Shown here: piece by piece, positions 59,240-64,000 of the stretch
How positions within the stretch are numbered: position 1 is the stretch's first letter
How the letters are laid out: every line of letters begins with the position of its first letter
Made by a program: the position numbers and the translations under genes
The notes under the pieces: generated by a model
Database searches by the model: none
Told to the model about the DNA's origin: nothing
What the model saw: only the letters and a program-made list of their open reading frames with translations
Origin: the human T2T-CHM13v2.0 reference genome, Homo sapiens
NCBI RefSeq assembly: GCF_009914755.1
Contig: NC_060931.1
Length of the DNA: 64,000 nt
Direction: 5' to 3' (one strand)

Positions 59240-61632
59240 CTAAAAGGAAATAATAAGCATGATCAATATTTTATATGATAATTATAATGATAATCAAGAA
59301 TAATTTCATAGTAATTTTACCCTCAAATTGAATTAAATGGAAAGTCAATATAGTAGACAGTGTAATTAATGTGTTGATTGCATGGTATATTTCAATCAAC
59401 AATTCCCAACTCTTACCTGGATTGGTTGGATGTTACAGGTTACTAAAATATCAGTCTATGCATGGTGTCCTAGGACTGCAACAAACTTAGCTAAGTCTAG
59501 ATTTACCACACAAAAAAAGAGAACTCATAGAAATGTAGTATAGATGAAATCCTGTGATGTGTATTGCCCAAGGACATGGCTCCAGCCAGGGATATAAAAA
59601 AAGCATTAGATTGGGTGTCTGTAGATACAAAGAGATCTACTTGAACAGTATAAATTGAGACAGAGGTAAAAGAAATAGCATGCACCCTTATCATTACCAG
59701 TTTTTGTTTTCACTCTTCATGGAATTTAATGTTTGAGTGAGCTGACCCTCTATTCGCTGCATTATGTCTCAGAACCCGGGAGAAACAGCATGAGGCCAGA
59801 AGGCAATCACTGAGGTTCCTCAGAACTTTATCAACAACTTTTGCAAACTATATGTGAGTTCTGCTTTAATTATGATAATCAGATCTCAAATGAAAAATCA
59901 TATCAACCCTAAAAGGCTTGCTTCCCCCCAGTTGACTACTAGTTGAAATACTTTGAGTAGTATAGACCTAAGTTTGGAGATGAATTCACCTCCAGCTTGA
60001 AGACTACGGCTTTGACTCACACTTATTCTTTTCTGAGGAGAAAGAGAGAGACATATAACATTATAATCAGAGTTGTTGAAATTTCGAAGGGAAAGACAAG
60101 ACATCACATACTTCCCCTATTTTGAAGGAGTCCTCTTCTCTGAATGATTGGCTCACTCAAATCCATAGCAGGGAAATGGCCAAAGATAAACTCAGGAGTT
60201 TGGCAATAGAGCTGCCAATTACTATAACTAATATTTATGAGACATGAAGATAAACCTCAGGACAAGAATCATTCAGTCAATACAAAAATGGTTGAAAATA
60301 ATTTTTAGCTACTTTGGGATGCTTGATATGACTTTATCTACTGGTTAGTAAGATTACTGTTTATTATGTGAGTGAACAGTAAAGAATAAAGACACAGTGG
60401 TAAAGGAGAAAAGGCCTTGAACCTCAATGAGTGGCAAAGTATCAATTTATTTCAACTGTGCAAATCTCTTAAAGTAGACTTTTTCATGAAAACTACAGAG
60501 TCCCAAGATTTGGTGGAAAGAAAATTGGCTTCTGGGAGATGGACATGGGGGTGGTGAGCGGAAACCTGCCACAATCCCTAGTCAACACTGCCTGAGAAGC
60601 ACCATTTGGCCTCCCTGGGTAGGGTTGATTTATCCTCCCACTGGATTCCCTTATTTTTTATCATCCACATACCAGCCTTTCTCACTGGGTTGTAACCCCC
60701 TTGAAAACTAAGGCTGTATCTTATTTAGAACAGATGAGCCCTTAATTAAAATGTGTTGAATTGAATTAATCTCAGTTCCATCACACTGATATTCAGACTG
60801 ACACATTCTGGAGCTTCCCAAAAAGTCATCATGTTACTGTAAAACCATCCTTAAGACAAGCTTGCCTGCTCCTAGGCCAGCTGCAAGGAAAAGTCCTAGA
60901 GACTTGAAAGTGCCTGAAGCTCCAATTGGTTATAATGTGGACACTCTCAGAGCCAAAGGACATCAAAAGCACCCAGAAACACAGGCACCCATATTCTGCC
61001 TCCATTATTATTAAAAATAAAGTTGGGGAGGGGAGTATTGAATGAGAGGTGAAATGAAATTAGAAGCTGAATCTAAAAGAGAACCTATATTTTAAGTAAG
61101 ATGAGCTAATTTCTTCAGGTGCTTAGGTCATACTAGAATCAGCCACAAGGAAATATCTTTCCTCCTGGTGTTTGCTGATGAGAAGTAAGTGAAAACGTGT
61201 CTTGGATTGTTTGCAATTAATTTGTCACAGAGCTACAGGAACAAAGTAAAATTCATGCCAAAGGACAACTAAATGTCTCAAGTGGAGAGCTTGTGAAGCA
61301 AGGTCTTTGCTGGCTTTGTGCAAAAGCAAAGCCCTGATATTAAATCTGAAAAATTCCAGATGGCTCCGTTAGAGTCCCAAGGGGACGCATTCTGCAGTAT
61401 GTCCAGGCAGTGGATAAAATATCAATTTCAGAGTGTTTTGTGAAAATTAGTCATGTTGAGTTTCCATGTTGAATGTCTCCCATATGCCTGGCTTTGTGGA
61501 ATTTTAAGACATATGGAGTATTTCCATCCTCACTCAGTATTTCACCTTTCACTGCAACAAGTTACTGCACTGCACTACTGAGACATGCACATCATCCATT
61601 ATTGCTGGAAATCGGCATAAAAAGTTAGCTCA

Positions 61633-61901
<269 letters not shown>

Positions 61902-63617
61902 AAGTTAGCTCAGGAGAGAAGAAATATTCTGAAATCAGCAATATAAGTAGTTATTTTAACAACAGAGGTTCAATCCCAGAAAGAGATAATTATCTTAAAC
62001 CTGACAACTGAGGCATGCAGGAAAGCCCTCTGGTTATTCTTTTCACCACACCTGAAAGACATGTGGTTGTATCCCAGACTGTTTATTTTTCCTCCATGTA
62101 TACTTTATCTTGGAGCAAGCATCTGCCCTTATAGTGTAAACTATTACTAGCATTCTTATAGCTGTCCTCTTCACTTCTTTCCTGATCATGAGTCCTTTAG
62201 CTACAGAATATTCATATTTGTTTGTGCTTTGTTTTTATTTATTTTGGTACTTTTTACATTTTATTTTGCTTAAATGCAGCAAAATAATACAAAACAAAAA
62301 TTCAAGCCATGCATTTAAAAATATTTCTCCTACTAAGCCTAAATCATTATTATTCAGGTTTGACTCTCTCCATTTATGTTGATTCAATTTATTACTTGAG
62401 ACCCTATTATTACCAGGCCATGTGCCAAGGGAAGGAAACACAAAGAACAATTTCAGGGAACTCATAATCTAGTGAAAAAGAAAAATATGTAAATAAATGA
62501 TTATAATGTAAAAAATATATAATGATCAAAATATATATGAGGCAAAGAGGTAGCACAGAGAACAGGGAGATTGATTCAGTATGAAAAGTGTGAAAGAAGG
62601 CTTAGAAAAACAAGAATCATCTGAACTTGGCTTCGAAGAATAAAGAGGAGCTTATTAGGTAAGTTAGGAAGGAGAAGAACTCCAGGCAGAATAGCAATAG
62701 GCGTGTGAAAAGGAGTACAGATATGAAATTGCATAGAATCCTACCAGATATACAAGTAACTCAGTATTGCTAGAATGTAAAGGAGTAACAAAAGCAAGGA
62801 CTTGAGAAATAAGTGGCAAGGGCCATTTCATACATGGCGTGTGGGGCCCCGGTGAAGTACTTGCAATTTACCTTCTAAGCTAAATGGAGCAAGCTTGTGA
62901 GGCAGAGAAGTCACACATTCTGCAATGAGCAGGCAGTGGAGAGTGAACCATAAAATAACAAGAAGACAAATTAAAAGGCAGAGGTCAAGTTAAAGACTAT
63001 GACTGAAAAACTTCCATGTTAGTAACACAGAAAAAAAATTCCTCTGCCCTTCAATTTTTTTGAAACCCATGGAAAATGACAGGGAGGATGAGAAATGGTA
63101 AAGGAAATACCCTCTTTGATTAAACTAGGTATTTATAAGCCCAAACCATCATACATGAAGAAGAGCTACCAAGTACAGTAAAAATAGAGCTAAGTTTTAG
63201 GGAAACAGATAATTTTGATTTTAGTCAGCTAAAGAGATATAAACTATTTCATACACAACAAAATCTATGGCAGAAAGCCTTCCACTTTGAGCCAGGGTGT
63301 TCTGCTAGCCAGAAGTAGACCCAAACCTAGAAGAGGATGCTGATAAGCAAAAGTTTGAAGATAACAGAGACAAAGTCAAACTTAAGAGCAGCACACCAAA
63401 TCACTAAGACCGACCATCCATCCCAAACTAGAAGCTCAAAAAAAAAAAAAAAAAACTCACCCAATGCAAATATTACAAGTAATAACAGAAAAGAACCAGC
63501 ATGACATCTATGCAAAAATACCAGAGGAGAACACAAAACACAGGCAAAGAACACACTAAAAAGATGATGGCATAAAGCAGATAAAAATGATTAATAAATC
63601 TTCGTGTAATTTAGAAA

Positions 63618-63801
63618 TGGAGGGAAGGAAGGAGGGAAGGAGAGAGGGAGGGAGGGAAGGAGTGAGGGAGGGAGGGAAGGGGAAGGGAAGAAGGGAGGGA
63701 GAGAAGGAGGAGGGAGGGAAGGAAGGGAGGGAGGAAGGGAAGGAGGAGGGAGGGAAGGAAGGGAGGGAGGAAGGGAGGGAGGGAAGGAAGGGAGGTAGGG
63801 G
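63618..63801. repeat. Polypurine (GGAA/GGGA)n low-complexity tract
   Basis: About 180 bp of almost pure G/A. Confidence 0.95.
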
Positions 63802-64000
63802 TAAATACAGCATTTGTGAAATGTAAACTTAAAGAAGAAAAATGATCAAGAAATAGTTACAGGGAGGCAAAAAGAGCAAAAGTCTGCCCAGAGTCTTTGA
63901 ACTAGTTGTTATTAAAGAAACTTGTGGCTTTTTCCACTGTGGTACCACCGCACTAGGAAAAAAGATTAAGAGAAGATAAATAATAATTAAAAATCTATTA

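Noticed and set aside
63556-63826. Pro/Ser-rich and Glu/Gly-rich ORFs
   Set aside because: Translation of the GGAA/GGGA simple repeat.

Overview
Primate (almost certainly human) genomic DNA containing the 3' end of DGKI (diacylglycerol kinase iota) on the minus strand. Six coding exons were spliced by hand at canonical AG/GT boundaries with consistent phases: 59214-59239, 27312-27349, 23017-23137, 12517-12553, 10737-10836 and 6357-6473. They encode ...SPVSSEDHAILQAVIAGDLMKLIESYKNGGSLL...HEDLETAV*, the ankyrin-repeat region plus the C-terminal class I PDZ-binding motif. Positions 1-6356 are most likely long 3' UTR. The introns are repeat-rich: 13 Alus, MaLR LTRs, MER30, MADE1, Tigger3a, MIRs, old L1 fragments, and one full-length but retrotransposition-dead L1PA3-like element (39536-45720, + strand, antisense to DGKI). 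The most interesting lead is that this L1's antisense promoter points in the DGKI sense direction. Its ORF0 start codon and first splice donor (SD1) are intact and in phase with the next DGKI exon, predicting a 172-aa ORF0-DGKI fusion (ankyrin + ETAV, no kinase domain). The same L1 has a mutated YY1 site and an altered ZNF93-binding segment. Other leads are two U1-mimic sequences able to sequester an exon's 5' splice site, a twin 26-nt candidate poison microexon, and a stop-free 159-nt circRNA candidate. None of the functional inferences is tested. Repeat subfamily calls and consensus comparisons are from memory, not RepeatMasker.
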